Assembly: GCA_012515445.1 (NCBI GenBank)
Contig: JAAYYI010000033.1
Coordinates: 10 to 64,009 of the forward strand
DNA length: 64,000 bases
From: Candidatus Bathyarchaeota archaeon
GTDB taxonomy: Archaea > Thermoproteota > Bathyarchaeia > Bathyarchaeales > Bathycorpusculaceae
Reading direction: 5' to 3'
Shown here in pieces: positions 16,554 through 25,039 of this stretch. The position numbers and the translations under genes are program-made. Each line of letters begins with the position of its first letter. Position 1 is the first letter of the stretch. Below the pieces are notes generated by a model. The model did not search any database. It was not told the DNA's origin and saw only the letters and a program-made list of their open reading frames with translations.

Positions 16554-17088
16554 ATTTTTTTTCGGCGTAACGTGCGCATATGCAGCAGTCTACTTTGCAG
16601 GGTGCTTTGTCTTTACCTTTATGCGTCAGGTACTCCCTGATTTGGAGAAACTGTGAGAACTCGTTTTCGCTGATTGGGTAGAATTCTGATCTGCGGATGC
16701 CAGGGTTGCTGCGTAGTGAGCATTTCTCGACTGATATGCTGTCTAGGGTGTCTCGGTTTTCGGCGATTACTACTGCGATGAGGTTGTATCCGCCTATTGT
16801 TTTGAAGAAGTGGACGACTCTGGGGCATTCTTTGAAGCGGTTCATTATGTCTTGCATTGCTTGGGCGTCTTCTATTTCTAGTAGGATCATTGCTGGTATG
16901 AGTCCGAATGCTTTTGGGTTTATTAGTGCAGTGTTTTTTATGGCACCTGTCTGGGTGAGTTTTTCGAGTCTTTTTTTGATGCCCATGCTTGTGTATCCTG
17001 TGGTTTTTTCTAGGTCTTTTAGGGTTGTTCTTGCGTCTTGTTGGAGTTGGCTGATTATTTTTCGGTCGATGTCGTCCATTAAAGTCAC
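16510..17088 (-). CDS. Lrp/AsnC-family transcriptional regulator with C-terminal Cys-rich extension
   Basis: 192-aa ORF with the HTH DDIDRKIISQLQQDARTTLKDLEKTTGYTSMGIKKRLEKL and a RAM-like domain. An extra tail reads CKVDCCICARYAEKKCVGCP. Confidence 0.8.
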   Translation of the reverse strand: MTLMDDIDRKIISQLQQDARTTLKDLEKTTGYTSMGIKKRLEKLTQTGAIKNTALINPKAFGLIPAMILLEIEDAQAMQDIMNRFKECPRVVHFFKTIGGYNLIAVVIAENRDTLDSISVEKCSLRSNPGIRRSEFYPISENEFSQFLQIREYLTHKGKDKAPCKVDCCICARYAEKKCVGCPSTVHYRGSL

Positions 17089-17104
17089 TCAGTTGGTTTA
17101 TTTT

Positions 17105-17132
17105 CTAAACATAATGTATTAATAATGTTTAG
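17105..17132. promoter_or_regulatory. 8-bp inverted repeat in the divergent Lrp / NifX-like promoter region (candidate operator)
   Basis: CTAAACAT-N12-ATGTTTAG lies 17-44 nt upstream of the Lrp start (17088) and about 30 nt upstream of ATG 17162. Confidence 0.35.
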
Positions 17133-17161
17133 CTATTAAACCTTGCAGTAAAGGCGATACT

Positions 17162-17545
17162 ATGACACAACGAATCGTAATACCCGTCCAAAACAACTCG
17201 GGCTTAGAATCCCAAATTGCACAACACTTCGGCCAAGCCCCCTACTTCGCCCTCGTAGAATTAGATGGCGCAAAGATAGCCAAAGTGGAAATCGAAAAGA
17301 ACACAAGCACACATATGGGCGGCACCGGAGACCCGCATGGAAGCACACTGTCCCTAAGACCCACAGCCATAGTAGCATGCGGAATGGGGCCAGGAGCCAA
17401 GAACTGCTTCGAAGGCGCTGGCGTGCAAGTGCTGCAGGCAATTGGCATCACAGTTGGCGAGATAATTGAAAACTACAAAAGCGGTTTACTCCAGCCACTA
17501 ACGGCAGTCTGTCCACACGCACATCATCACCACCACAATCATTAG
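17162..17545 (+). CDS. NifX/NifB-C-terminal-domain-like (dinitrogenase FeMo-cofactor-binding fold) protein with poly-His tail
   Basis: 127-aa ORF. IAQHFGQAPYFALVELDG is typical of this fold. The C-terminus is CPHAHHHHHNH. Confidence 0.7.
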   Translation: MTQRIVIPVQNNSGLESQIAQHFGQAPYFALVELDGAKIAKVEIEKNTSTHMGGTGDPHGSTLSLRPTAIVACGMGPGAKNCFEGAGVQVLQAIGITVGEIIENYKSGLLQPLTAVCPHAHHHHHNH

Positions 17546-17862
17546 CCTATTTTTTGGGCTGAATGGTTTCTGGCGAGCATAAATTGCTTTCAAGTTGTCT
17601 GCCCACTCCTTGAAGCGGTCCCTTTACGTGTCTTCCGAGTGCATTCGGCCAGAAACCCAGCACACCTTAAAAAGCCGTTGTAGTCTCTTTCGTTGTCTGT
17701 GGATTTAAATTGTTAGTGTTCTAAATTTTCAAATTAGAAGAAGAAGGCAGCAGCCCCCTTGCTCTTCTTCAACCAGAGGATTTTGCTGTGGCTCCTGTTA
17801 TGTCCTCATTTGCTTCTGATTGCTTGCTGGTTGATGCGGTTTCCCCAAGTTCAGCGGCAGTT

Positions 17863-17894
17863 ACAGCAGATTTTTGATCTACTGCTATATACCC
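17863..17894. repeat. Mosaic repeat, short copy
   Basis: CAGCAGATTTTTGATCTACTGCTATATACCCC shares ATTTTTGATCTACTG with copy A (190-204) and, as reverse complement, with copy H. Confidence 0.55.
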
Positions 17895-17937
17895 CAAATG
17901 CGTTTTCATTCCCATTAGAGATATCAGGCGGAGAACC

Positions 17938-18492
17938 ATGAAGGCAGAGTTAACAAAACCAGAAACCTCACTCATAATCTACTGGTCAAAAACAGGAAAC
18001 ACCCAAAAAGTCGCATACGCCATGAAGCAAGGTCTAGAAGAAATCAACACGCACGTCACCGTAAAGAAGCCTGAAGAAGCAGAAAACCTCGACTACTTCG
18101 ACTACGACTTGGTCTGCGTAGGCTGCCCGTCTCATTCTTGGCATCCGCCAGAGCAGATGACTGCCTATCTTAAGAAGAAATTTAATTACTACCGGGAAAA
18201 CGGCAAAATAAGACTTGGCGCCCCCAAGGTCGCGGGGAAAAACGCTATCGTCTTCGTGACTTATTCTGGCCCCCACACGGGTATCGCTGAAGCAACGCCT
18301 GTCGGCAAAGATATTGCTCAGTACTTTGACCATATAGGCTTCAATGTAGCTGCTGAATGGTATGTTCTAAGTGAATTCCACGGCTCAAAAGAAGCCAACC
18401 GTGAAGGGCGGCTCGGCGACCTCAGAGGCAAACCCAACGCTGAGCAGCTGCAGGGCATAAAAGACAGCTTAAAACAGCTGTTCACAATGTAA
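17938..18492 (+). CDS. Flavodoxin-like protein
   Basis: 184-aa ORF. LIIYWSKTGNTQKVA is the FMN phosphate-binding loop (S/T-x-T-G-x-T). Confidence 0.7.
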   Translation: MKAELTKPETSLIIYWSKTGNTQKVAYAMKQGLEEINTHVTVKKPEEAENLDYFDYDLVCVGCPSHSWHPPEQMTAYLKKKFNYYRENGKIRLGAPKVAGKNAIVFVTYSGPHTGIAEATPVGKDIAQYFDHIGFNVAAEWYVLSEFHGSKEANREGRLGDLRGKPNAEQLQGIKDSLKQLFTM

Positions 18493-18575
18493 CATATTTT
18501 TCCCCTTAAAAATACCACATTAAATATATGCCAGATTTTGCTAGTCAAAGAGCAGAAATCTTTGAGGTTTATGTT

Positions 18576-19340
18576 ATGAAAACTCTAGTTACCGTCGGTC
18601 GTGGTGGAACAGGAAAATCCAGTTTCTCAGCCCTTATGGCAAAAGCCTTCATAGAAGCCAAACAAGCCCCAATCTTGCTAGTTGACGCTGACCCTGACCA
18701 GAACTTGGCTGAGATGCTTGGAGTAGACCTTAAAGAAGCAGGTAAATCCACAATAGCAGACCTCATCGTAAGCACTTTCATCGAGGGCGGAGGCACTACA
18801 GTCGGCGTTGCTCCGGCCCAGCGCATCGAAGCCCGCATCTGGGAGAAGGGCCTCTACGAAAGCGCCAGCTTCGATTTTATGGCTGTCGGCAACAAATGGA
18901 TTGAAGGCTGCTACTGCATGCCTAACACTGCGCTGAAAAACGCACTGGAATCTCTTACTAAAAACTACAAATACGTCATAGTCGACTCCCCAGCGGGCCT
19001 TGAGAACCTTAACCGCAGAATCACCTCAAAAGTTGACGACGTATTTGACATATTAGACCACTCCAAAAAGTCACAGGATCATGTCAAAAGAGCATACAGA
19101 ATAGCTAAAGAAGTTGACATGAAATTCCAAAACTTTTACATAATTGGTGGATACCGGTTCCCGCCTGAGCTGGGACAAGAGGCAGAAACCAACTTGGGAT
19201 TCAAATATCTCGGTAAAATCGAGGCAGATGACGAGCTAGACCAAGCAGTTCTTGATGGAGAGTCGCTTTTAGACCTTCCAAATGATAATAAAGCGTATCT
19301 TTCGGTTAAAAAAATCCTTGAAACACTGGATTACTTATAG
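18576..19340 (+). CDS. cooC: CODH nickel-insertion accessory ATPase CooC
   Basis: 254 aa from ATG 18576 with the deviant Walker A GRGGTGKSS, the CooC-type CxC motif EGCYCMPN and DSPAGLE. It lies immediately upstream of cdhA. Confidence 0.85.
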   Translation: MKTLVTVGRGGTGKSSFSALMAKAFIEAKQAPILLVDADPDQNLAEMLGVDLKEAGKSTIADLIVSTFIEGGGTTVGVAPAQRIEARIWEKGLYESASFDFMAVGNKWIEGCYCMPNTALKNALESLTKNYKYVIVDSPAGLENLNRRITSKVDDVFDILDHSKKSQDHVKRAYRIAKEVDMKFQNFYIIGGYRFPPELGQEAETNLGFKYLGKIEADDELDQAVLDGESLLDLPNDNKAYLSVKKILETLDYL

Positions 19341-19417
19341 CCCAAATTTTTTTACATAATTTTTTCTTATCTTAACATTTCTATTAGTCTAACCTGACTT
19401 TTGAATAAAGAATCTGG

Positions 19418-19460
19418 AAAGGTTTAAAAAGATTGTAAGCTGGTAGACTGGTAAACCTTT
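19418..19460. promoter_or_regulatory. 9-bp inverted repeat overlapping a TATA-like AAAGGTTTAAAAAG upstream of cdhA
   Basis: AAAGGTTTA (19418-19426) and TAAACCTTT (19452-19460) are separated by 25 nt. The repeat ends 17 nt before the TTG start of cdhA. Confidence 0.35.
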
Positions 19461-19476
19461 ACAGAGGTTATTAGAT

Positions 19477-21825
19477 TTGACTGATAAAAACGTCCATGTA
19501 AAAATAGACGAAATGAAGACCAACGCCGGTCTTGTCAAGAACCTCGAGTTATCTATTGGCAAGGTTATTAATGATAACTATACTGAAGAGCCAATGGGTC
19601 CAACTCCGATGCCCTCCATAACCACCCTGCGAGATTGGGACATGAAGCTTTTAACCAAATACAAGCCCTTCTACATGCCCGACTGCGACTCATGTTGCCT
19701 TTGCACTTTTGGCAAATGTGACTTGACCGCTGGCAAACGCGGCGCATGCGGTTTAGACATAGCAGCCCAATCATCGCGTATCGTTATGATTGCAGCCTCA
19801 ATCGGTTCTGCATGCCATACAGCTCACTCACGCCACTTAGTTAACCACTTAATAGAAAAGTATGGCCGCAGGTACCCCATTGATGTCGGAGGATTAAACG
19901 TTAAAGTTGAAGCACCAGTCAGCCGCCTTGTAACTGGTATAAAACCTGCAACACTCGGCGACTTGGATGATATTCTAACATACACAGAAGAAGAAATTAC
20001 TCAAATTCTAGCAACCGCACACACAGGTCAAGAAGCAAACCCATTAGACTTTGAATCAAAAGCCTTCCACATCGGCATGATTGACCATGTAGGTATGGAA
20101 GTAGGCGACATTGCCCAGATATCCGTTTTCGGCTATCCAAAAGCTGACCCAGAAGCTCCACTAATCAAATTAGGCATCGCCAGCGTTGACAGAACCAAAC
20201 CGGTTGTCATGTGCATCGGCCACAACGTTGTACCATCAGTCGGAATTATCGACTATGCAAAAGAAAACAAAATTGACGAAAGAATCGAAGTAGTCGGCTT
20301 ATGCTGCACAGCCCACGACATGTCAAGATACTACACCCGTGCAAGAATCGTTGGCCCAATCAGCTGGGAAATCAGATTCATACGCGCAGGCCTTGCAGAT
20401 GTCGTAGTACTCGATGAGCAATGCATCAGAACCGATGTAGCTGAAGAAGCAGCGAAAGTTAACACACCAGTCATCGCAGCCTCAGAGAAGAACTGCGTTG
20501 GTTTCAAGAACCGCACAAACGACTCAACCGACTCAATCGTCGAAGACCTCGTCACTGGCAAAGTTCCGGGTGTACTAGTCCTTGACCCAGAAAAAGTCGG
20601 CGAAGTAGCCGTCCGCGTTGCAATGAAGATGGCACCAATCCGCAAACGCAAGAACGTTCTCCCAACAGCAGAAGAAGTTGTTGCAATCGCAAAGACATGC
20701 ACACAATGCAAAGCTTGCCAGCGCAACTGCCCACAGGACTACTTCATCCCAGCAGCTATGAAAGCAGCAGCTGCCGGTGACTTATCAAAACTAGAAGAAA
20801 TATACGAAGTCTGCATTGGATGCTTAAGATGCGAAAGCGCATGCCCACAGAAAATCAAGATCCATAGCCTCATCGTCAAAGCAGGCGAAAAATCAATGCA
20901 ATGCGAAGATAACCTATGCCGCAGCGGCAGAGGTGCAGTTTCAGATGTCGAAATCCGCAGCGTCGGTGGTCCACTTGTTCTTGGAGAAATTCCAGGTATC
21001 GTCGCCATCGTCGGTTGTAGCAATTATCCAAAAGGCGGCAAAGACGTATATGACATAGCCAGAGAATTCGCAAGCAGACGATACATTGTTGCACTATCAG
21101 GATGCAGCGCAATGTCCGCAGGCAGCTACCGCAACAAAGATGGCCAAACCCTCTACGAAGAATTCCCAGGCGGATTCGAAGCAGGAGGAGTCCTCAACGT
21201 CGGCTCATGTGTCTCAAACAGCCACATTGCAGGTGCAGCCATCAAAGTCGCAAATATCTTCGCAAAACGCCCACTAAGAGGCAACTACGAGGAAATCGCA
21301 GACTATGTCCATAATCGTATCGGTGCAGTAGGTTTAGCTTGGGGTGCATACTCACAAAAAGCAGCATCCATCGCAGCAGGTTTCTGGCGCTTAGGTGTAC
21401 CGGTCGTCGTCGGCCCACACGGAAGCAAATACAGACGCATGCTCCTAGGCCGCAAGGAAGACCCAGAAAACTGGAACGTAATAGACGCACGCACAGGCGA
21501 AACAGTCAATGTCGGTCCATCACCAGAACACCTATTCAACGTAGCAGAAACCAAAGAAGAATGCATCGTCCAAATCGCAAAGCTCTGCATGAGACCAAAC
21601 GACACATGGAAGGGACGCTCCGGCAAACTCAGCCACTACATTGACCTACACAAACGCTACATGGGTGTCATGCCAAACGATATTCACCTATACGTCAGAA
21701 CAATGGCAGATGTACCAATCACAATGAAGGACGAAATTACACAAGTCCTGCAAGCAAACAACTGGAAAGAAAGCATAATTCCGGACCCAACATTGCTCCC
21801 AAGAATGGTCCGTAAAATGAAGTGA
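19477..21825 (+). CDS. cdhA: Acetyl-CoA decarbonylase/synthase alpha subunit (CODH catalytic subunit)
   Basis: 782-aa ORF starting at TTG, with GAGGT 8 nt upstream. It has N-terminal CDSCCLCTFGKCDL..GACG cluster motifs, a ferredoxin-like insert (CTQCKACQRNCP, CIGCLRCESACP) and a C-cluster region. Confidence 0.95.
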   Translation: MTDKNVHVKIDEMKTNAGLVKNLELSIGKVINDNYTEEPMGPTPMPSITTLRDWDMKLLTKYKPFYMPDCDSCCLCTFGKCDLTAGKRGACGLDIAAQSSRIVMIAASIGSACHTAHSRHLVNHLIEKYGRRYPIDVGGLNVKVEAPVSRLVTGIKPATLGDLDDILTYTEEEITQILATAHTGQEANPLDFESKAFHIGMIDHVGMEVGDIAQISVFGYPKADPEAPLIKLGIASVDRTKPVVMCIGHNVVPSVGIIDYAKENKIDERIEVVGLCCTAHDMSRYYTRARIVGPISWEIRFIRAGLADVVVLDEQCIRTDVAEEAAKVNTPVIAASEKNCVGFKNRTNDSTDSIVEDLVTGKVPGVLVLDPEKVGEVAVRVAMKMAPIRKRKNVLPTAEEVVAIAKTCTQCKACQRNCPQDYFIPAAMKAAAAGDLSKLEEIYEVCIGCLRCESACPQKIKIHSLIVKAGEKSMQCEDNLCRSGRGAVSDVEIRSVGGPLVLGEIPGIVAIVGCSNYPKGGKDVYDIAREFASRRYIVALSGCSAMSAGSYRNKDGQTLYEEFPGGFEAGGVLNVGSCVSNSHIAGAAIKVANIFAKRPLRGNYEEIADYVHNRIGAVGLAWGAYSQKAASIAAGFWRLGVPVVVGPHGSKYRRMLLGRKEDPENWNVIDARTGETVNVGPSPEHLFNVAETKEECIVQIAKLCMRPNDTWKGRSGKLSHYIDLHKRYMGVMPNDIHLYVRTMADVPITMKDEITQVLQANNWKESIIPDPTLLPRMVRKMK

Positions 21826-21844
21826 GGAACGGAGGAGAAAAACT

Positions 21845-22387
21845 ATGTCCTGTGAACCATGGCAATGTGCAGAAATTGCAGCAACTAAAAAAGCAAACGT
21901 AATCCAAAAACCCGAGATAGCAGTCGCAATGATGAAACGGGCTCAACACCCCATCCTCATTGTCGGCAGTAATGTCACAGAAAGATGGATGGACGGTAAG
22001 CAAGCCATCGAATACATCATCGAATTCGCAAACGCATCAAAGATTCCAGTAGTAGCAACAGCCCATATGGTCGGCGAATTTGTAAAGCGCGGCTATACTC
22101 CAGCAGCATACTGGAATGCAATGGAAATCAGCCAACGCGTCTGTGACCCAACATGGATGGGACTGGACGGCAAAGGCCACCCAGACCTAGTCATCTATGT
22201 TGGTATGCCATACTACATGGAAGCACTGATCCTAAGCGGCCTCAAACACTTCGCACCAGACCTAAAAACAATGACACTTGACAACATGTACCATGTACAC
22301 GCAAGTTGGTCATTCCCTAACGCAAGCCTAGAAGAATGGGCTGCAAACCTCAAAGTTTTAACTTCAAAATATAGTGGAGGACAATAA
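21845..22387 (+). CDS. cdhB: ACDS epsilon subunit
   Basis: 180-aa ORF directly after cdhA, with GGAGGAG upstream. Size and position are canonical for the archaeal cdh operon. Confidence 0.85.
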   Translation: MSCEPWQCAEIAATKKANVIQKPEIAVAMMKRAQHPILIVGSNVTERWMDGKQAIEYIIEFANASKIPVVATAHMVGEFVKRGYTPAAYWNAMEISQRVCDPTWMGLDGKGHPDLVIYVGMPYYMEALILSGLKHFAPDLKTMTLDNMYHVHASWSFPNASLEEWAANLKVLTSKYSGGQ

Positions 22388-22388
22388 A

Positions 22389-23795
22389 ATGTCAATGTTT
22401 AAAGATATACCAGTAGAAGTCGGCGTAATCTACGAAGGAGAACGTATCCGCAGAAACGACATGCAAGTCGAACTCGGCGGACCAACAGTCAAACAAAAGT
22501 TTGAACTGGCAAAAGTAAAACCCATGAACGAAATCGACGATGGCAAAGTCACCATCATCGGTCCAGACTTAAAAGACCTTAAAGAAGGCGGCGCTTACCC
22601 ATTCGGTATCCTAATCGAAGCAGCAGGCGCAAAACTCGATGCAGGCCTCGAAGGTGTCCTAGAAAGACGCATTCACGGCTACTTAAACTACATCGAGGGC
22701 TTCATGCACCTAAACCAGCGCTATGACATCTGGATACGCATCGGCAAGAAATCCTTCCAGAAAGGCCTAAACAGCTTTGAACCAATCGGCAAAGTCGTCT
22801 ACAGACTCTTCAAGAGCGAACTACCAATCGTCGAGAAACTACAGATCACCTTCATCACAGACCCAGCAAAACTAGAAGAAATGACGCCAGCGGCAATGCA
22901 AGCATACGAAGCACGCGACTCAAAAGCCAGAGGCCTAAAAGACTCAGAAGTATCAGAATTCTACGGCTGTGCACTCTGCCAGTCATTCGCACCAAGCCAC
23001 GTCTGTGTCATTACACCACAAAGATACAGCAACTGCGGCGCCATCAGCTGGTTCGACGGTAAAGCCTCCGCAAGCATTGACCCCAAGGGCCCAGTCTTCG
23101 CAATCCCAAGAGGCGAAATGCTAAACGAAGAAAAAGGTGAATTCAGCGGCGTTAACGAAGCAGCAAAGAAACGCAGCATGGGCGAAGTCACCAAAGTCTG
23201 GCTATACACAGCCTTTGACCACCCACACACTTCATGCGGATGCTTCGAAGCAGTAACCTTCTACGTCCCAGAAGTCGACGGCTTAGCAGTCGTACAACGC
23301 AACTTCAAAGGCGCAACCGTAAACGGCTTACCCTTCAGCACAATCGCAGACTCCGCAGCAGGCGGACGCCAAATCGACGGCTTCCACGGAATGTCCATCG
23401 AATACATGCGAAGCAGCAAATTCTTCGCAGCAGACGGCGGATGGAACCGCATCGTTTGGGTACCAAAAGAAGTCAAGGAAAAAGTCAAAGACTTCATCCC
23501 GAAAGACGTTGTTGACAAGATCGCAACCGAAGAGGATGCAAAGAACGTTGACGAACTCAAAGCGTTCCTGAAGGCAAAGAACCATCCAGTCGTTGCTAAA
23601 TGGGAAACAGAAGCACCAGCAGCAGAAACCGCAGCAGTCACCGTTAACGAGGAAGCAGCAGGCACAATGATGCCAGTTGCAACAGCAGGATCACTGCCAA
23701 TAATGGCCGGCGGATTCAAGATCATCCTCAAAGACGCAAAGATCTACGCCAACAAAGTCATCATAACCACCGCAAAAGACGAGAAGAAAGCTTAA
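22389..23795 (+). CDS. cdhC: ACDS beta subunit (acetyl-CoA synthase, A-cluster)
   Basis: ATG 22389 is preceded by GGAGG at 22376-22380. Motifs FYGCALCQSFAPSHVCVITP and HTSCGCFE carry the A-cluster Cys ligands. Confidence 0.95.
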   Translation: MSMFKDIPVEVGVIYEGERIRRNDMQVELGGPTVKQKFELAKVKPMNEIDDGKVTIIGPDLKDLKEGGAYPFGILIEAAGAKLDAGLEGVLERRIHGYLNYIEGFMHLNQRYDIWIRIGKKSFQKGLNSFEPIGKVVYRLFKSELPIVEKLQITFITDPAKLEEMTPAAMQAYEARDSKARGLKDSEVSEFYGCALCQSFAPSHVCVITPQRYSNCGAISWFDGKASASIDPKGPVFAIPRGEMLNEEKGEFSGVNEAAKKRSMGEVTKVWLYTAFDHPHTSCGCFEAVTFYVPEVDGLAVVQRNFKGATVNGLPFSTIADSAAGGRQIDGFHGMSIEYMRSSKFFAADGGWNRIVWVPKEVKEKVKDFIPKDVVDKIATEEDAKNVDELKAFLKAKNHPVVAKWETEAPAAETAAVTVNEEAAGTMMPVATAGSLPIMAGGFKIILKDAKIYANKVIITTAKDEKKA

Positions 23796-23810
23796 GCCCG
23801 GTGACCTAAA

Positions 23811-25025
23811 ACGTCCAACGACAAGAAAAACAATGACGCGCTCAAGCTAAGTGACGATCTCTTAGCAGCGCTCGCAAAGTTCAAGACGATCGAGTTGGAA
23901 GACTTCCAACTTGACGCCAAAGAACTAGAAATACTCTTCGAGCCAGGACAAGCAGTAAACGTATTACCGAAACTCAAACTACCATTAGGCGTCGGCGCAG
24001 GCAAACCAACAAGCTTACTAGCACAGAACTTCCTGCCACCAGTCGAGAAATACCCAAACAAGATCGCCACAGTCAAACTAGGCGCAACACGAAGCGAAGG
24101 CGGCACACGCGGCAGAACAGTCACACTCGGCGGAGAAACCTCTCCAGCCTTCTACTCCTTTGAGAACCCAACACCACACAAACCAATCGTAACCTTAGAC
24201 GTCTTCGACATGGAAGTCCCACTGTCCAAGGCCGTCAAGATGCACGTTAAAGACGTCGTCGGCGACCCAGCAGCATGGGCGAAGCTTGCAGTCGAAAAGT
24301 TCGGCGCAGACATGGTTACAATGCACCTCATCAGCGTAGACCCACTACTCAAAGACGCATCACCGAAAGAAGCATGCAAAACAGTCGAGAAAGTCCTGCA
24401 GGCAGTCGATGTACCACTCGTAATCGGCGGATGCGGTGACCCAGTAAAAGACACAGCCCTCTTTGAAGAGGTATGCGCTCAGTTCCCAGGCGAACGCTTC
24501 CTAATCAGCTCAGTTACACGCGACATGGATGGCGAAAAATGCGCTAAATTCATCAAGAAAGCAGGCAACGCAGTACTTGCCTTCACACCAATGGACCTTA
24601 ACTTTGCACGCGAATTAAACAGGCGTCTCTTTGATCACCTATCACGCGAAGACATCGTTATGGACTTAACAACCGCAGCCCTCGGCTATGGACTTGACTA
24701 CGCATTCACCAACATGGAACGTGCACGCATCGGCGGCTTAATGGGCGACATGGAACTCGCTCAACCAATGAGCAGCGGCACAACCAACGCTTGGGCAGCC
24801 CGTGAAGCATGGCTAAAGATGTCAGCGGACTTTGAACCACGCGAACTCAGAGGTCCACTATGGGAAGTCACCACAGCGCTCACACTGCTTACTGCAGGTG
24901 TCGACGTATTCATGATGATGCACCCAGCAGCCGTTAAAACCCTCAAAGACGTCACTAACTACTTAACTGCAAACAAGAAAGCCGACCCAACCAAGTTCCT
25001 TGAGTGGGTTAAGGTGAAAGCTTAA
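23811..25025 (+). CDS. cdhD: ACDS delta subunit (corrinoid FeS protein small subunit); start proposed at ACG 23811, TTG 23895 alternative
   Basis: TIM-barrel CdhD/AcsD-like sequence (TLGGETSPAFYSFE, VTMHLIS, VPLVIGGCGD). The frame is open from 23805, with GGTGA at 23800-23804. Confidence 0.9.
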   Translation, partial: TSNDKKNNDALKLSDDLLAALAKFKTIELEDFQLDAKELEILFEPGQAVNVLPKLKLPLGVGAGKPTSLLAQNFLPPVEKYPNKIATVKLGATRSEGGTRGRTVTLGGETSPAFYSFENPTPHKPIVTLDVFDMEVPLSKAVKMHVKDVVGDPAAWAKLAVEKFGADMVTMHLISVDPLLKDASPKEACKTVEKVLQAVDVPLVIGGCGDPVKDTALFEEVCAQFPGERFLISSVTRDMDGEKCAKFIKKAGNAVLAFTPMDLNFARELNRRLFDHLSREDIVMDLTTAALGYGLDYAFTNMERARIGGLMGDMELAQPMSSGTTNAWAAREAWLKMSADFEPRELRGPLWEVTTALTLLTAGVDVFMMMHPAAVKTLKDVTNYLTANKKADPTKFLEWVKVKA

Positions 25026-25039
25026 GGAGACATGACAGT

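Noticed and set aside
18528-18575. Upstream ATG for cooC
   Set aside because: CooC-type proteins start a few residues before the GxGGxGKS loop. ATG 18576 gives MKTLVTVGRGGTGKS.
22374-22388. GTG 22374 as the cdhC start
   Set aside because: GGAGG at 22376-22380 lies inside that extension and is correctly spaced (8 nt) for ATG 22389.
23261-23731. 156-aa antisense ORF inside cdhC, with similar shadows at 25090-25608, 28918-29433, 32125-32625, 54054-54566 and 62007-62390
   Set aside because: All are fully contained in strongly supported genes on the other strand. They have Ser/Ala/Pro-rich composition and no recognisable domains.
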